From a virus (lineage: Duplodnaviria; Caudoviricetes), in the IMG/VR virus record IMGVR_UViG_3300020577_008405, positions 3,069 to 67,068 of that record: a stretch of 64,000 nucleotides of DNA; one strand, written 5' to 3'. Each line of letters begins with the position of its first letter. Within the stretch, counting starts at the first letter, position 1. The notes below the pieces were generated by a model, which was not told the origin of the DNA, made no database searches, and saw nothing but the letters and a program-made list of their open reading frames with translations. Below, piece by piece: positions 9,100 through 17,740 of this stretch. Made by a program: the position numbers and the translations under genes.

Positions 9100-10421
9100 A
9101 ATGGATCTGTTTTAATTACTAATCTTCCATCTACGAAAATTAATGAACCGCTTTGTCCTGAAGGACTTAATTTCGCAATTGGAGCTACGTCATTATCATT
9201 AGTATCAGGGAAAGCACCTGGAATATTAAAAGCAAAGATACTAGCCGCTGCAGCCAACTTGAACGGAAGTCGAGTTTGAGTTTGCTGCAGCGTTGACATT
9301 TGAGTTAAATAGCCATTCATTGGCTCAATAGCATTTGGTAAGGCAACTTGAGTAACACCTTCACCAAATGCTTTATGTAAAGCAGCATCCAAATCCAATA
9401 ATGCAATTTTCTGTCGGAAAGTGACGCCTAAATTAGTTGAAACAACTGGCGTACCTGGCGGAATAAATTGCTCAATACCTACTTGACGAATAGTATCGGG
9501 CGACGCTGGACCTGGCAATCCCAGTTCAATAAGTTGCCCGATACCAATACCAAGAAATTCTTTATCTAGTTCTTTAATTGCTCGCGGTGTACCCACAGCA
9601 ATTGTTTGGTTAATTCCTTTACCAATAAAAGCTCCTGGACCCACAATTTCTGGTGAACCAAACGAAACATCTTGGTTAATTCCAAGATTACTTAATGTTA
9701 TTGGATTTAAGTCGCCAACTGGTGACCCAAAATCAATTAATTGAGCAATACCGACGCCTAATGGTTGAAGTTGTCGAATAACGCTTGGAGATCCAAGTTC
9801 AATAAGTTGCTCAATACCAATACCATTTGGGCGTACTGCCGTTAAGGACGTTGGCGTTCCAAAATTAATTAATTGCTCAAAACCAAGGCCATCAGGACGT
9901 ACGGAAGTTTGAGCAGTTGGATCCCCAAGTGTTATTGGTTGTTCAAAACCGAGACCAACAGCGTCTCCGTTCATATTGATATTTGGACTACCTAAAATTA
10001 CTGTTTGATCAACACCCACTCCAATACATGCAATGGTTGCTGGCAAGATAACATCTACGACTAAATTTGGCCAATTAGGATCATTTTCCGATAAAACTGT
10101 ATCAGGCAGAATTTTTAAAGTATAAGTATTAACAGCACTTAAGGCACCAGATAAATTAAGAACAATGATACGTGTATTGGCTGTAAATGTTACACTTGAT
10201 ATCGAAGGTACACTTGGCCCTAATAAAGTATAACTCGATGTAGCAGTACTCGCTGTATTCAGCAAATCAGGAAATTGGATTGTTATAGTATTAGGACCAG
10301 CTACTCCATAACGAGCTGTCCATAACATTCCTCGTACATCAGTATTTCCCCTTATCTTAAAAGCATATGAAAGAGGCTCAATGGAAGCATTAGCTGGCTG
10401 TGTATAGTCAAAAGCTGCCAT
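9096..10421 (-). CDS. Repeat-containing putative virion protein
   Basis: Nine GxGxxQxIxxGxP repeats; modules shared with neighbours. Confidence 0.75.
   Translation of the reverse strand: MAAFDYTQPANASIEPLSYAFKIRGNTDVRGMLWTARYGVAGPNTITIQFPDLLNTASTATSSYTLLGPSVPSISSVTFTANTRIIVLNLSGALSAVNTYTLKILPDTVLSENDPNWPNLVVDVILPATIACIGVGVDQTVILGSPNINMNGDAVGLGFEQPITLGDPTAQTSVRPDGLGFEQLINFGTPTSLTAVRPNGIGIEQLIELGSPSVIRQLQPLGVGIAQLIDFGSPVGDLNPITLSNLGINQDVSFGSPEIVGPGAFIGKGINQTIAVGTPRAIKELDKEFLGIGIGQLIELGLPGPASPDTIRQVGIEQFIPPGTPVVSTNLGVTFRQKIALLDLDAALHKAFGEGVTQVALPNAIEPMNGYLTQMSTLQQTQTRLPFKLAAAASIFAFNIPGAFPDTNDNDVAPIAKLSPSGQSGSLIFVDGRLVIKTDPF
10353..10420. repeat. 68-nt exact direct repeat, copy 1 (copy 2 at 10788-10855)
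   Basis: Identical sequence encoding the N-terminal AAFDYTQPANASIEPLSYAFKI of two adjacent genes. Confidence 0.95.
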
Positions 10422-10424
10422 TGA

Positions 10425-10856
10425 TTATGTGTCCAGATAAATAGCAATATTACCAATTGCATTCGCAACAGATGAAATTCCATCTGAAAAGGTATTTTCT
10501 TTAATAAATAAAGAATAGTTTTGTCCAATAGTTAATGAACCAGATAATGTCAGACGAATAAAAGTTTTTCCAGCAGTAAAGGTAACTGCAGAAACAGAAG
10601 GTGCACTAGGACCAGTGATAATGTAGTTTGATGTTGTGGTCATTGATGCACTAGATACTAAAATGCGATCAGTTTGAATGTAAAGAAAAGAAACACTTCC
10701 ACTAGGAGAATAACGTAAAACACATGGAATTGGACCATTTCCAATTCCATCTATTACTGCTGTACCAGCACTTACAGGGAATAAGGCTATCTTAAAAGCA
10801 TATGAAAGAGGCTCAATGGAAGCATTAGCTGGCTGTGTATAGTCAAAAGCTGCCAC
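10425..10856 (-). CDS. Putative virion protein (Ig-like/beta-rich)
   Basis: Homologous to N-terminal part of 9096-10421. Confidence 0.7.
   Translation of the reverse strand: MAAFDYTQPANASIEPLSYAFKIALFPVSAGTAVIDGIGNGPIPCVLRYSPSGSVSFLYIQTDRILVSSASMTTTSNYIITGPSAPSVSAVTFTAGKTFIRLTLSGSLTIGQNYSLFIKENTFSDGISSVANAIGNIAIYLDT
10788..10855. repeat. 68-nt exact direct repeat, copy 2
   Basis: Base-by-base match to 10353-10420. Confidence 0.95.
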
Positions 10857-10872
10857 AAGTCAAACACTCCTA

Positions 10873-11883
10873 TTATAAACTTGGTGCTACTGACATAGCG
10901 ATCATTTTTGAACCCAATAACACTCTTTCAATATTGCCAACGCTTGGAAAAACACTTCCTACTGCAACTTGTGAACCACATTCCCACATGTCAGGATATC
11001 TACCTCGCATTCCTTTACGATCAGCGGTATTCTCATATAAATAACAACAAGGAATAGAGTCAACTGTACTATCTAATACGTTTGTAGATGTATATGAGCT
11101 AAGTGTGATGCTCGCAGGATAGAACCCTATGTCAGCTATTCCTGCATCGCTACCTGTTAAAGCAGTGGTTCCATTAGTCGATAATCCTCTAATATTACAT
11201 ATTGGACTAACCCCCATGACTCCACGTCCCGAATCTAAAAAATGCGTTAAACAAAATGTTCTAGCAGGATCAACAGTGTGATACTCGACTAATCCTTCCA
11301 TACTAATATAAGTGTCAAAATAACCAGTTCCATTTCGTGAACGTAACCAGCGGAAATTACCATTAGCATCTATATTTAGATGGATTTTACCAGCACCTGC
11401 AGTAGTCGAACAAAATTGAACACTTGCTGCAACTGATTCTCCGGTTGAAGTTGGACGTGCCGTTGTAGATCCACCAGAAAAAACATTCTTAGAAACAATG
11501 ATTGAGCAAGTTTGATCATTCGTTGGACCTATATAGTCAAAACAAAAATACCAAGGTCCATCTAAAAGTGCAGTAGGTGATTTAATCACAAACCAAGTAT
11601 GAGCTGTACCGGCGTTTGCGCGAATCCAATCAGCATTTGTAAATGAGCCAGCAAAATGAAGTCTATCGGTAGTATCAATACCAGCAGTTGTACTGTTAGA
11701 ACTACCTTCAAGAGTCCAATAACAGGTACCGGGCCTGGCTCCTTCTGGACCATTAGTGCCAGATAAATTGCCAAGAAGCATAGCACCAAAACCCCAAATA
11801 CTGCTGTGTGCGCATCGACTAGCAGTGGTTGAATCTGCAAGTGCAAGATTAGCGGACGTATACCATTGTTTTGATGTTGACAT
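10873..11883 (-). CDS. Putative virion/tail accessory protein
   Basis: G/S/T-rich composition, structural-gene context. Confidence 0.6.
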   Translation of the reverse strand: MSTSKQWYTSANLALADSTTASRCAHSSIWGFGAMLLGNLSGTNGPEGARPGTCYWTLEGSSNSTTAGIDTTDRLHFAGSFTNADWIRANAGTAHTWFVIKSPTALLDGPWYFCFDYIGPTNDQTCSIIVSKNVFSGGSTTARPTSTGESVAASVQFCSTTAGAGKIHLNIDANGNFRWLRSRNGTGYFDTYISMEGLVEYHTVDPARTFCLTHFLDSGRGVMGVSPICNIRGLSTNGTTALTGSDAGIADIGFYPASITLSSYTSTNVLDSTVDSIPCCYLYENTADRKGMRGRYPDMWECGSQVAVGSVFPSVGNIERVLLGSKMIAMSVAPSL

Positions 11884-11892
11884 GTATATCTC

Positions 11893-12306
11893 TTAGGTTA
11901 ATTTGAAAATCTTGTTAGTACCAGAATCAGGTGTGAATGTAATATCACCACCGTTAGTTGCAAATGGGAGAGATACACCTGTCGTCGTGTCAATAAGAAC
12001 TAACAAAGGACTTGTAGCAGCAGACCCAGTGTCTTTATAAATAACAAAGTATCTCACAGTTGAACCGCTTGCCACAGCACTAAAAGTAACTGCGGAACTA
12101 TTAAATACACCATTAGTAATACTAATTCCACCCATTGCCACTGGCACGCCAATAACAAATGTATTTACGTCACTCCAAAATTGATGTGTTGCTATATTAG
12201 GTGTATAGGAACTAGACACAAGAGCTAGCTTGATGGTATCACTGTCGAGAACAAAACTACCGTGTAGTAAGCCTTGTTTGCCGAGAGTGTAAAGTGCATT
12301 TGACAT
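11893..12306 (-). CDS. Putative tail/virion protein
   Basis: NALY...DTIKLALV...NGGDITFT pattern typical of phage minor structural proteins. Confidence 0.7.
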   Translation of the reverse strand: MSNALYTLGKQGLLHGSFVLDSDTIKLALVSSSYTPNIATHQFWSDVNTFVIGVPVAMGGISITNGVFNSSAVTFSAVASGSTVRYFVIYKDTGSAATSPLLVLIDTTTGVSLPFATNGGDITFTPDSGTNKIFKLT

Positions 12307-12331
12307 ATAGATTTTTCCTCTTGTATAAAGA

Positions 12332-12673
12332 TTACGTTGGATTGATTTTCGATACTAAAATTCCGTCAACGAATGTTAACTGACCTGTTGTACCTAAAGT
12401 AGTTAACTTTGCTAAAGTTACAGTTGTTGAAAGTCCAGTGGGCAATGCTCGTTTAATGTTAAAAGCTACTAACATGGCTGCCACTAAGGATTTAAAGGAA
12501 GCTTTGACTTCAGTCTTAACTGCTTGTACTTCTGGCGTATCATAAAGCATTAATGGGTCATAGAAAGGCATACTCAAATTATCTTCGACACCTTCCGAAA
12601 ACGCCTTTTCTAAGTCACCTTCTAGAGTGATTAATCCCGTTTCTTGATCTGCTGTGATTATTAGCTTTGCCAT
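12332..12673 (-). CDS. Putative virion protein
   Basis: Homologous to C-terminus of 9096-10421 (KAFxEGV; GxLxFVDGxLVxKxxP). Confidence 0.7.
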   Translation of the reverse strand: MAKLIITADQETGLITLEGDLEKAFSEGVEDNLSMPFYDPLMLYDTPEVQAVKTEVKASFKSLVAAMLVAFNIKRALPTGLSTTVTLAKLTTLGTTGQLTFVDGILVSKINPT

Positions 12674-12760
12674 AAGCCTTCAATATTAATAGACAAACTT
12701 AAAACTATTAATATTCTACTTCGAATTCAGTTAACCAATCCGAATCAATTATTTCGTACA

Positions 12761-12976
12761 ATGAAACCTCTTGATTTGGTTCGAATTAAAGAAAGCTGTA
12801 AGTTAGATTATAAGGGAGTTCTTCCCGTTGAAGAACAGTTTGTTTTCATGGGAGAGATTAATCAGATGCCTGGCCATGGTGTTTTTGCTGTATTAGGGTC
12901 TGGAAAGCTGTATACCGGCTTTCATACAGATTCTTTTGAAGTTGTTCGCACTGGAGATGAGGATCTCGATGGTTGA
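12761..12976 (+). CDS. Hypothetical protein
   Basis: ORF after AATCCGAA...TACAAT motif. Confidence 0.65.
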   Translation: MKPLDLVRIKESCKLDYKGVLPVEEQFVFMGEINQMPGHGVFAVLGSGKLYTGFHTDSFEVVRTGDEDLDG

Positions 12977-13169
12977 ACAAGTTACATACTATTGGCGCTT
13001 AGTTAAGAGTTATATGCGTATGGGTGAATATAACAAAGCCATTAATAATGCATATGACCTTATCATGGAATGTGTTTTTCTGTTACTGATGTCTATTGTT
13101 AGGTTGCCTTTTTTGTTGCCCGCTGTTCTAATCATGCTTGTTGCGAAGTTCCGAAGTAGTAAATCATAA
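12969..13169 (+). CDS. Small membrane protein
   Basis: Hydrophobic C-terminal half; ATG 12969. Confidence 0.5.
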   Translation: MVEQVTYYWRLVKSYMRMGEYNKAINNAYDLIMECVFLLLMSIVRLPFLLPAVLIMLVAKFRSSKS

Positions 13170-13233
13170 AGATAGTATCTAATCCGAAATAATACCCTCT
13201 TGTTGTAAAACCCGCTTAGGAGATTGTTAATAA

Positions 13234-14370
13234 ATGAAGCCCTCTAATATTAAGGCAGTTCTGGACCTCGCTCTCAAGGCGAATGAAATTAATGAAGTCG
13301 TTAACCCGATGTTTACGGGCGACGCTGGACTTGGTAAGTCACAGATCGTTCAGCAGTGGGTTGAGGATGTGCGGGCGAAGGACCCTGAGTTTGGGTTTAT
13401 CGATCTTCGCATTGCTTACCTGGAGGCACCTGACCTTATCGGCTTCCCCGAGACTGGTAAGGACACCAACGGCCTCGAGCGCACGATGCACCGTCTTCCT
13501 GAGTTCTGGCCGACTTCTGGTCGCGGCCTGATTCTGCTCGAAGAGCCCAATCGTGGCACGACGGGCGTCATGAACTGCCTCATGCAGCTTCTGACTGACC
13601 GCAAGGTGCACAACTACAAGCTTCCGCCCGGTTGGATGATTGCTGCGTGTGTTAACCCGGATTCTTCCGAGTACGATGTTAACACGATGGATGCTGCTCT
13701 CAAGGATCGCTTTGAGGAATTCGAGGTTGAGTACGACGCTCTCACATTCATGGAGTTCATGGAGCAGAAGGGCTGGGATGCCAACATTCAACGCTTCGTT
13801 GGTAACGGTGTTTGGATTTATAAGACGCCCAAGGAACTTGGTCAGAATGGCAAGTACATCTCACCTCGTACTTGGAGCAAGGTGAATGCTGCCGAGCGCG
13901 CTGGTATGAGTCAGAACAATCGAATGCTCCACCGCATTACGGTTTGTGGCATCTTGGGTAAGGACATTGGCAACGAGTATCATTCGTATTGCTTCGATCA
14001 GGCTCCGGTTACCGCTCAGGAAATTCTCAAGGACAAGAAGGGAGCATTCAAGCGGCTCAAGGAACACTGTTCGCAGGACAGCTACCGCGGCGATATGATT
14101 CCTGTCACGGTTGATTCCATCATCAAGGCTTACGGTGGTAAGAAGGACAAGTGCACGGCAGAGCAGATTGATGAGGATACGATGGTGGAGGTTGCCAAGA
14201 TTATCCCGGCTGATCAGACTGCCAACCTCATTAAGGGGTGCGGCTATGCAGTTGCGAAGGGTCGCATGTCGGACTTCCTCAATCAGTTCGTTAAGGATCA
14301 CCCTGAGCTCATCAACATCATGAAGAGCAACATTAAGGTGAGTCGCGCAACTGGTGTTGACAAGAAGTAA
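13234..14370 (+). CDS. MoxR-like AAA+ ATPase
   Basis: Walker A GDAGLGKS, Walker B LLEEPNR, MDAALKDRF; AGGAG RBS. Confidence 0.9.
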   Translation: MKPSNIKAVLDLALKANEINEVVNPMFTGDAGLGKSQIVQQWVEDVRAKDPEFGFIDLRIAYLEAPDLIGFPETGKDTNGLERTMHRLPEFWPTSGRGLILLEEPNRGTTGVMNCLMQLLTDRKVHNYKLPPGWMIAACVNPDSSEYDVNTMDAALKDRFEEFEVEYDALTFMEFMEQKGWDANIQRFVGNGVWIYKTPKELGQNGKYISPRTWSKVNAAERAGMSQNNRMLHRITVCGILGKDIGNEYHSYCFDQAPVTAQEILKDKKGAFKRLKEHCSQDSYRGDMIPVTVDSIIKAYGGKKDKCTAEQIDEDTMVEVAKIIPADQTANLIKGCGYAVAKGRMSDFLNQFVKDHPELINIMKSNIKVSRATGVDKK

Positions 14371-14386
14371 GAAGCAAGTTGTTTAA

Positions 14387-14423
14387 GATTCACTAGTGGG
14401 ATTGTTGGCGCCACTAGTGAATC
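14387..14423. terminator. 13-bp hairpin after AAA gene
   Basis: GATTCACTAGTGG / CCACTAGTGAATC; no strong U-tail. Confidence 0.5.
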
Positions 14424-14486
14424 ATCAATTTCGCTTCTATGCTTGTAGTAGTGACGCCATAAACGATCTTTTAAGATTGACTTTAT

Positions 14487-14555
14487 TTGGGGCTAGCTTA
14501 AACTAGAGCGGGTGGCTTGTTACTACCAGGTTCTGGCTGAATCCAGAGCGCCGAA
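14487..14555 (+). tRNA. Degenerate tRNA-Thr(TGT)
   Basis: GGTGG-CTTGTTA-CTACC arm; 6-nt T-loop CTGAAT; G-G mismatch in acceptor. Confidence 0.55.
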
Positions 14556-14585
14556 TAAAAGTGAATCACAGATTAGGCGCCACTC

Positions 14586-14664
14586 TCCTAATTAGTTTAA
14601 TGGCAAAACGTAGTTGTAACGTGGAGTTACAACTGAGTTGAAGGTTCGATTCCTTCGTTAGGTG
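14586..14664 (+). tRNA. tRNA-like RNA with 10-bp anticodon stem
   Basis: TCCTAAT/GTTAGGT, GTTT-AATGGCA-AAAC, TAGTTGTAAC-GTGGA-GTTACAACTG, GAAGG-TTCGATT-CCTTC. Confidence 0.7.
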
Positions 14665-14873
14665 ATTATGTCTATATATCCTGTTACAGCAGATGAAGAG
14701 GAAGTACGTAGCGTTTATCACATATTATCTAAGGTTTTACGTCTGTTACGCGATATGGTGAAAGTTATTTTGATGGTCTTTTTATTGTAGGTAAATGGAA
14801 GAAAGCTCAAAAACAATTAAAGATTTCGAATGGTGAAATAAACCACTAAGTAGTAGTTTTCATTGGAGAATAA

Positions 14874-15221
14874 ATGAGTTATTCGATTGTTACCGTAGTG
14901 TATGGTGTTCCTCTTAATGACGATTGCATCGACTTGATCAATAAGTGGGAATCTGATACTAATGACGATAAGTGGTTCGAAGATGATGATGGAACTTGTG
15001 GTTTTACTACTCTTTATTCTGCCAGTGGTCCTCACAATGGATATTGTGGGGTTGAACTGGATACACTTGAATCTTATGGCAATCAGCTTGTTAGTGAAGT
15101 TCGAATGATTCCAACTGAGACTGAAATTAAAGAAGCTACTGCTCGTCTCGACAAGCTCCATCCTGAACTTCGCAGCAAGGTTGGTCCTATTGGCGTTTAC
15201 TTTATCTGGAGTGATTCATGA
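14874..15221 (+). CDS. Hypothetical acidic protein
   Basis: GGAG RBS. Confidence 0.7.
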   Translation: MSYSIVTVVYGVPLNDDCIDLINKWESDTNDDKWFEDDDGTCGFTTLYSASGPHNGYCGVELDTLESYGNQLVSEVRMIPTETEIKEATARLDKLHPELRSKVGPIGVYFIWSDS

Positions 15222-15835
15222 CTGCAAAAGTTGCTAAGTCGCGCACCTTGATTAAACTTGATGACAAAGTCATTGAGATTGTAGAAAGTAAAAAGGGACT
15301 TAAGGCTAAATATCTAACAGATGAAGAAGCGTTTGATGTCAATGTCTTCGAAGCTCCTGTTGAAGAATTAGTTCAGAATGACATTAACAGACTAACCAAT
15401 GAAGCATACAAAGAGCTTCAAGAATCTTTCAAAAACACTCTAAAAGCCAATGTTCTGAAAATAGTTGGTTTTGATAATAGATGGCCCAACAATAATTGGG
15501 AAGTTGATCATTGCAATGGTCGTAGTTCACTTCTAACTGAATTTATTGGCGCAAAAGTTAAAGAAATGTTTCATGAAGAATTTAACAATATGTCTCAAGA
15601 CGATGTTCAAAAGTTGCTTGAACCTGTTAAAACGACTTTTGTTGCAGAGTTTAAAAAAGTATTTGAGCGCGAAGTCCGCTCTCAAGCACGCGAAGCTGCT
15701 TACAAAGAAGTTCAAGCATTTGTGAAGCAGCTTGCTGCCCAACAGATCCAGAAATATCAAAAAGATCTTATTAAAGGAGTTGAGCTTTCTTTCTTAGGAC
15801 GCACAGCTAAACCTGAAGATCCTGAAGACAACTAA
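15218..15835 (+). CDS. Hypothetical helical protein
   Basis: ATGA overlap with upstream gene. Confidence 0.7.
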   Translation: MTAKVAKSRTLIKLDDKVIEIVESKKGLKAKYLTDEEAFDVNVFEAPVEELVQNDINRLTNEAYKELQESFKNTLKANVLKIVGFDNRWPNNNWEVDHCNGRSSLLTEFIGAKVKEMFHEEFNNMSQDDVQKLLEPVKTTFVAEFKKVFEREVRSQAREAAYKEVQAFVKQLAAQQIQKYQKDLIKGVELSFLGRTAKPEDPEDN

Positions 15836-15888
15836 GAAGTTTCTTTTCTGAATATAATATTACTTGTTAAACAACAATAGGAGATTGC

Positions 15889-17283
15889 ATGTCATCGCGC
15901 CTTAGAGGAAAGCTGGAAAAAGACCTTCTTGACAAGGAATTTGTTCCGGTTGAAGTAAAGAGTCAGTGTCTTTCTACAGTAATTTATGAGTGTTGCACGA
16001 AGACACACCAGTTTATGGGTGCTGTGCTGCAAAGTCTCACTATCAATTATAGTCATCAGCTGCCCACTGCAGGCATTCTGTTCAATACGGATGCCAAGCA
16101 CTGGGAAATGCTTATCAACCCATACTTCTTTTGCCGCAAGCTCAATGCTGAGCAGCGCAAAGCAGTGTTGCTCCATGAGTTGAGCCACATTCTCCACAAG
16201 CATCCGCTTCGCGTTCCGTTTCTTAAAATTGCGATGCGTAAGCGTGTTCTGATGAACATTGCGGCTGATATGGCTATCAATCAGTTCATTAAGAATATCC
16301 CTGATGGTTGTCCGCAGTGTACGCCTTATGACCCGGACCATCCGGTGCCTTGCCCGAATGAGATGTGCCCTGGTCGAGGTATCTTCTTGCGGGACTTCTA
16401 TGACATTGATGATAAGACTAAGGCTCGTATTCCGTGGAAAGCTAATCAGACCATGGAGCATTATTACGAGAAACTGCTTACTCGCTTCGAAGATCCTGAT
16501 GAAGATAAGGATGGAGAAGGTAATGCCGGTGGTGGTGCTGCAACCGGCGATCTTCCTCAGACCATTGATGAGCATCTTTGGGACAATGGCGCGGTTGAAG
16601 AAAAAGACATGCTGGATGCCACTGAGGAGTTAGCGAAGCGTGCGATGGTGAAGGCACGTCTTGATTATGACTCTCTGCCAGGTTCAGTGCGTGAACTTCT
16701 TGAAGACATTAAGTCGCGCCGAGCTGAGCTCAATTATAAGCAACTTATTATGTCGGCAATGAAGCGACATGCGTCAGGACACGATCGTGACTTCACCTGG
16801 ACTAGACCGTCTAAGCGATATGGAAATAAAGCGCGCGGAACTAAAGTTGGACAGTTGCCTAAGCTTCATAATTTTATCGACACGTCTGGGTCTATTTCAA
16901 TTGAAGAAGCCAACGGCTTCCTTGACGTTGTGGACCAATTCCTTCGAGTCGGTAGTCGCAAATGTGACTTGGGATTCTTTCACACCGAACTTTATAAAGA
17001 TGACAAGTATAAAATGGGTACCAAAGTTGCCCGAGAAGACATTCAAAGCGGTGGAACTGATCTCACACCGGTAATGAAGCGAATTCTGGATCAGAAGCCT
17101 GATTTGAGTGTTATTCTCACTGATGGATGCTATGGTGACGTGCGTTGCGAGGAATGGATGAAGCCTGGCGAGAAGTTCCCTCAGGTTCTCTTCGTTATCT
17201 CCAAGGATGGCACGACTGATCACCCGTTGAAAAGATTCGGCGAAACAGTTAAGATACCTGATTCAGCTACGTTTAAGAAGTAA
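15889..17283 (+). CDS. Metallopeptidase-like + VWA domain protein (DUF2201-type)
   Basis: LLHELSH, AADMAINQ, MIDAS DTSGS, GGT, TDG. Confidence 0.9.
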   Translation: MSSRLRGKLEKDLLDKEFVPVEVKSQCLSTVIYECCTKTHQFMGAVLQSLTINYSHQLPTAGILFNTDAKHWEMLINPYFFCRKLNAEQRKAVLLHELSHILHKHPLRVPFLKIAMRKRVLMNIAADMAINQFIKNIPDGCPQCTPYDPDHPVPCPNEMCPGRGIFLRDFYDIDDKTKARIPWKANQTMEHYYEKLLTRFEDPDEDKDGEGNAGGGAATGDLPQTIDEHLWDNGAVEEKDMLDATEELAKRAMVKARLDYDSLPGSVRELLEDIKSRRAELNYKQLIMSAMKRHASGHDRDFTWTRPSKRYGNKARGTKVGQLPKLHNFIDTSGSISIEEANGFLDVVDQFLRVGSRKCDLGFFHTELYKDDKYKMGTKVAREDIQSGGTDLTPVMKRILDQKPDLSVILTDGCYGDVRCEEWMKPGEKFPQVLFVISKDGTTDHPLKRFGETVKIPDSATFKK

Positions 17284-17284
17284 T

Positions 17285-17404
17285 ATGGAAGTCACGGACA
17301 GATGGCGTAGATATGTGTCTGTCCGTGACTTCCTAAGTATGCTATATGTCTTAGAATTGATTTCAAAGAATTCTTATTGGGCAGCAAAAAGCGCGTCAAG
17401 GTAG
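17285..17404 (+). CDS. LxL-motif microprotein (39 aa)
   Basis: MEVTDRWRRYVSVRD-FLSMLYVLELIS-KNSY... Confidence 0.65.
   Translation: MEVTDRWRRYVSVRDFLSMLYVLELISKNSYWAAKSASR
17287..17333. repeat. Perfect 16-bp inverted repeat inside microprotein 5' end
   Basis: GGAAGTCACGGACAGA / TCTGTCCGTGACTTCC. Confidence 0.9.
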
Positions 17405-17407
17405 ACG

Positions 17408-17527
17408 ATGAAAGCAACAAATAAACACAAATCGTCTGTTACAGAAATTGATGTTGCTTATATGCACAAGCGACAGCTAATAAGATTTATGCGACTGTTA
17501 CGATTAACAAATAAAATTCTTTTATGA
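17408..17527 (+). CDS. LxL-motif microprotein (39 aa)
   Basis: ...HKRQ-LIRFMRLLRLTN-KILL. Confidence 0.55.
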   Translation: MKATNKHKSSVTEIDVAYMHKRQLIRFMRLLRLTNKILL

Positions 17528-17718
17528 ATCGAAATAGTAAATCATTAGATTGGCTTTCACTTGACTCTGAAGCTTTAGTAAACTCTACTTTTCGTTTTTT
17601 CGCTGTCTTACTTACAGTTAAACTTATAACTGCAGATACCTTTTATTCTATGGGTACCAATCGGTTAATTGAAAGATTAATCAATAGTAAATTTCCTTAC
17701 AATACTATTGTGAAATAA
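17524..17718 (+). CDS. LxL-motif microprotein (64 aa)
   Basis: ...STFR-FFAVLLTVKLIT-ADT; ATGA overlap. Confidence 0.6.
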   Translation: MNRNSKSLDWLSLDSEALVNSTFRFFAVLLTVKLITADTFYSMGTNRLIERLINSKFPYNTIVK

Positions 17719-17740
17719 CCTTCTGATATAATCATAACTT

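Noticed and set aside
14396-14506. Possible extra motif ORF (AINDLLRLTLFG) and the 40-aa ORF after 14664
   Set aside because: No convincing start or RBS and overlaps a tRNA-like gene; the second ORF fails key motif positions.
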